Shown here piece after piece: positions 61,568-64,000 of a DNA stretch of 64,000 nt (the first letter of the stretch is position 1; the number at the start of each line of letters is the position of its first letter). The notes under the pieces are model-generated. The model was not told the origin of the DNA, ran no database searches, and saw nothing but the letters and a program-made list of their open reading frames with translations. The position numbers and the translations under genes are program-made. Location of the stretch: assembly GCA_965202785.1 (NCBI GenBank), contig OZ241855.1:1504001-1568000 (forward strand), in the 5' to 3' direction. The stretch is from Thermodesulfobacteriota bacterium. Its GTDB lineage: Bacteria; Desulfobacterota_D; UBA1144; Nemesobacterales; Nemesobacteraceae.

Positions 61568-63127
61568 ATGTCCGAGAATTTTTCAATCGAAAAGGAGCTT
61601 TCGGAAAAACACCAGCTTAAGAAACCTTCGGGAGTATATTACAACCTTTCCGTTCCCAGGCTTTACGAAGAGGCGATCAAGAGAAACGAAGGACACATTG
61701 GTGAGAGTGGAACTTTTGTAGGCTACACTTCTCCTCATACTGGAAGATCCCCCAAGGACAGATTTGTGGTAAAGGAGCCTTCCACGGAAAAGAATATAGA
61801 CTGGGGAGCAGTAAACCAGCCCGTATCACCAGAGGTTTTTGATCACTTTTACGAGGAAGTGATGGATTACTTCGAAGGCAAGGATGTTTTCGTAAGAGAC
61901 CTTCAGGTTTGCGCTCATCCGAACTACAGAACAAACGTGAGGGTGATTAATGAATTCGCCTGGCACAATCTTTTCGTAAATAATCTCTTCATAAGACCTG
62001 ACGCTTCTGAGCTTCCGCATGAGGAAGTGGGTTTTACCGTCATTTCAGCCCCGGGTTTCAAGGCAGACAACCCGGAGAAATACGGTCTTAACAGCGAAAC
62101 TTTCATATTCCTTAACCTAAGCCGAAGAATTGCCCTTATCGGTGGTACACGCTACGCGGGAGAGATGAAAAAATCCGTTTTTGCCGCCATGAATTTTCTT
62201 CTGCCGGAAAGAGATGTTTTTCCGATGCACTGTTCGGCAAACATTGGAAAAGACGAAAATGTGGCGCTTTTCTTCGGATTGTCGGGAACTGGCAAAACCA
62301 CGCTTTCCGCTGATCCCGAAAGGGCGCTTATCGGAGATGACGAACATGGCTGGTTTGACGAAGGAGTTTTTAATTTCGAGGGTGGCTGTTATGCGAAGAC
62401 CATAAAGCTTAGTCCGACCACGGAACCCGAAATTTACCAGGCGGCCCTTAATTTCGGCTCGGTCCTTGAGAACGTCGAACTCGATTTGGAAACGGGAAAA
62501 ATAGATTTTGACAGCGACAGATATACGGAGAACACTCGCGGGGCATACCAGATTGATATGCTCGAAAATATTGTTCCGGAAGGAGTAGGCGGCATTCCAA
62601 AAAGCATTTTTATGCTGACCTATGATGCTTTCGGAGTTCTGCCTCCTATATCAAAGCTTGATTCTGACCAAGCCATGCGCTATTTCCTTCTGGGTTACAC
62701 GGCGAAAGTTGCCGGCACCGAGAGGGGAGTGAGCAAGCCTCAGGCGACTTTCAGTTCATGTTTCGGCTCTCCTTTCCTTCCAAGACCCCCGAAATTCTAC
62801 GGAGCGATGCTGAAAGAGAGAATGGAAAAGCATAAGGCAAACGTCTGGCTTCTGAATACGGGGATTTCCGGCGGGCCTTTCGGGGTCGGCAAAAGAATGC
62901 CTCTTCCGTCCACAAGAGCTCTTGTTACAGCAGCGGTAAGCGGTTTGCTCGACGACAGAGAGTTTGTCAAAATTCCCATACTTGATCTGTCCGTGCCGAT
63001 TGATTGTCCTGGAGTTGATTCGACCCTTCTGCAGCCTCGACTCTCATGGGATGACCCGGATGAATACGACCGCAAGGCTCGTACTCTGTCAGACCTTTTC
63101 GAAGAGGAATACGAAAAATATATCTAG
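61568..63127 (+). CDS. pckA: PEP carboxykinase (ATP)
   Basis: TGRSPKDRF, YAGEMKK, GLSGTGKTTLS, IGDDEHGW, NFEGGCYAK. Confidence 0.97.
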   Translation: MSENFSIEKELSEKHQLKKPSGVYYNLSVPRLYEEAIKRNEGHIGESGTFVGYTSPHTGRSPKDRFVVKEPSTEKNIDWGAVNQPVSPEVFDHFYEEVMDYFEGKDVFVRDLQVCAHPNYRTNVRVINEFAWHNLFVNNLFIRPDASELPHEEVGFTVISAPGFKADNPEKYGLNSETFIFLNLSRRIALIGGTRYAGEMKKSVFAAMNFLLPERDVFPMHCSANIGKDENVALFFGLSGTGKTTLSADPERALIGDDEHGWFDEGVFNFEGGCYAKTIKLSPTTEPEIYQAALNFGSVLENVELDLETGKIDFDSDRYTENTRGAYQIDMLENIVPEGVGGIPKSIFMLTYDAFGVLPPISKLDSDQAMRYFLLGYTAKVAGTERGVSKPQATFSSCFGSPFLPRPPKFYGAMLKERMEKHKANVWLLNTGISGGPFGVGKRMPLPSTRALVTAAVSGLLDDREFVKIPILDLSVPIDCPGVDSTLLQPRLSWDDPDEYDRKARTLSDLFEEEYEKYI

Positions 63128-63204
63128 AGTCCAAGCCGGTTTTAACTCATCGACTCGGTTCCGCGGTATAGAACACCTGGCAAATTGAGGACGAGGACTG
63201 GTTA

Positions 63205-63282
63205 TGGCGTCCCCGAGGGGATTTGAACCCCTGTTACCGGCGTGAAAGGCCGATGTCCTAGGCCTGACTAGACGACGGGGAC
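63205..63282 (-). tRNA. tRNA-Glu(TTC)
   Basis: Minus strand GTCCCCG/CGGGGAC acceptor stem, TCGGC-CTTTCAC-GCCGG anticodon arm, encoded CCA. Confidence 0.95.
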
Positions 63283-63291
63283 GGCAAGAAT

Positions 63292-63364
63292 TGAGCCGTA
63301 CAGGATTCGAACCTGTGACCCACTGCTTAAAAGGCAGTTGCTCTACCAGCTGAGCTAACGGCTC
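63292..63364 (-). tRNA. tRNA-Lys(TTT)
   Basis: Minus strand GAGCCGT/ACGGCTC acceptor stem, ACTGC-CTTTTAA-GCAGT anticodon arm. Confidence 0.95.
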
Positions 63365-63376
63365 AGAAGATGCCGT

Positions 63377-63404
63377 ATTATATCACGGACCTTTTTCATG
63401 TCAA
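63377..63404 (-). promoter_or_regulatory. Consensus sigma70 promoter for tRNA-Lys/Glu
   Basis: Minus strand TTGACA, 16 nt spacer, TATAAT, then a GC-rich discriminator. Confidence 0.75.
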
Positions 63405-63485
63405 AAAACTGTAGTTGTCCTGATAGAAAGCATAAAATCATGTAAACTCCCTTTCTCACTTTCTTTTTTCAGGTCACCATTTAGG

Positions 63486-64000
63486 ATGTCTTTTGCACGA
63501 AAGTACAGAGATTTTTCCCTCGTCACTTTGGGAAATTTTTTCTTTTTCTGCAATTTCTCCTCTTTTTTCCTGCTTCCGCTTTTCATAACAGATATCGGGG
63601 GCGACGAGGCCCGCATAGGCTATGTCATGGGGACTTTTGGCATAACTTCAATAGGGGCTATCCCATTCGTAGCCTTCCTGATAGACCACTACGGGCGAAG
63701 AAGATTCATGCTTGCGGGTTCTTCTCTGATGTTTCTGGTTTCCCTTCTCTATATTTTCATATCGGATATTGACGTGAAAATATTCCTCCTGAGGCTCATG
63801 CAGGGAATAGCTTTCGCCTTTTTCTTCACCTCGGCCGCTACGGCGGTTTCCGATTATGTTCCCAGTGAAACAAGGGCTTACGGACTCGGTATTTTCGGCG
63901 CCTTCACAATAGCTTCCTACTCGGTTGGACCTACTGTTGGAGAATTTATGATAGAAAGATTCGGCTACTCGGTCTTTTTTCTCTACACCTCTGTTTTCAG
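63486..64000 (+). CDS. MFS transporter (3'-truncated; absent from the ORF track)
   Basis: MSFARKYRDFSLVTLGNFFFFCNF...LIDHYGRRRF (MFS motif A); reads open toward the window end. Confidence 0.85.
   Translation, partial: MSFARKYRDFSLVTLGNFFFFCNFSSFFLLPLFITDIGGDEARIGYVMGTFGITSIGAIPFVAFLIDHYGRRRFMLAGSSLMFLVSLLYIFISDIDVKIFLLRLMQGIAFAFFFTSAATAVSDYVPSETRAYGLGIFGAFTIASYSVGPTVGEFMIERFGYSVFFLYTSVF

Noticed and set aside
1-64000. CRISPR array, IS element, prophage or rRNA
   Set aside because: No regularly spaced repeats, transposase/integrase motifs, phage structural genes or rRNA-like sequence were recognised.

Overview
Bacterial chromosomal window, mostly housekeeping. Gene style and order look Desulfobacterota/Ca. 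Dadabacteria-like, but this is an impression, not a tested assignment. It starts with skp-fabZ, a tRNA cluster (Thr, Tyr, Gly, Thr), tuf, tRNA-Trp, secE-nusG-rplKAJL-rpoBC and valS, followed by a minus-strand run (M20 peptidase, cbiX ... HAD hydrolase, acyl-CoA ligase, purL, purF). That run is interrupted by an ~11.3 kb more AT-rich defence island (22.9-34.2 kb). The island holds a tightly coupled HerA ATPase / NurA nuclease / SPPY-type DNA methyltransferase operon, the best candidate here for an undescribed system, divergent from a large Type III R-M-like mod/res pair. The right half carries pepA, ilvE, lipB-lpdA, an orphan ApeA-like HEPN gene, hrcA-grpE-dnaJ without dnaK, and a thrC-like/MoaD-like sulfur-carrier pair beside metH. 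It also has two antitoxin genes each followed by only a short stub of a toxin gene, ihfB, def, tpiA-secG, ferredoxin, nth, two tandem alpha/beta hydrolases, pckA, tRNA-Lys/Glu and a truncated MFS gene. No integrase, transposase, CRISPR array or rRNA was seen. All calls come from motif recognition by eye, with no database searches.
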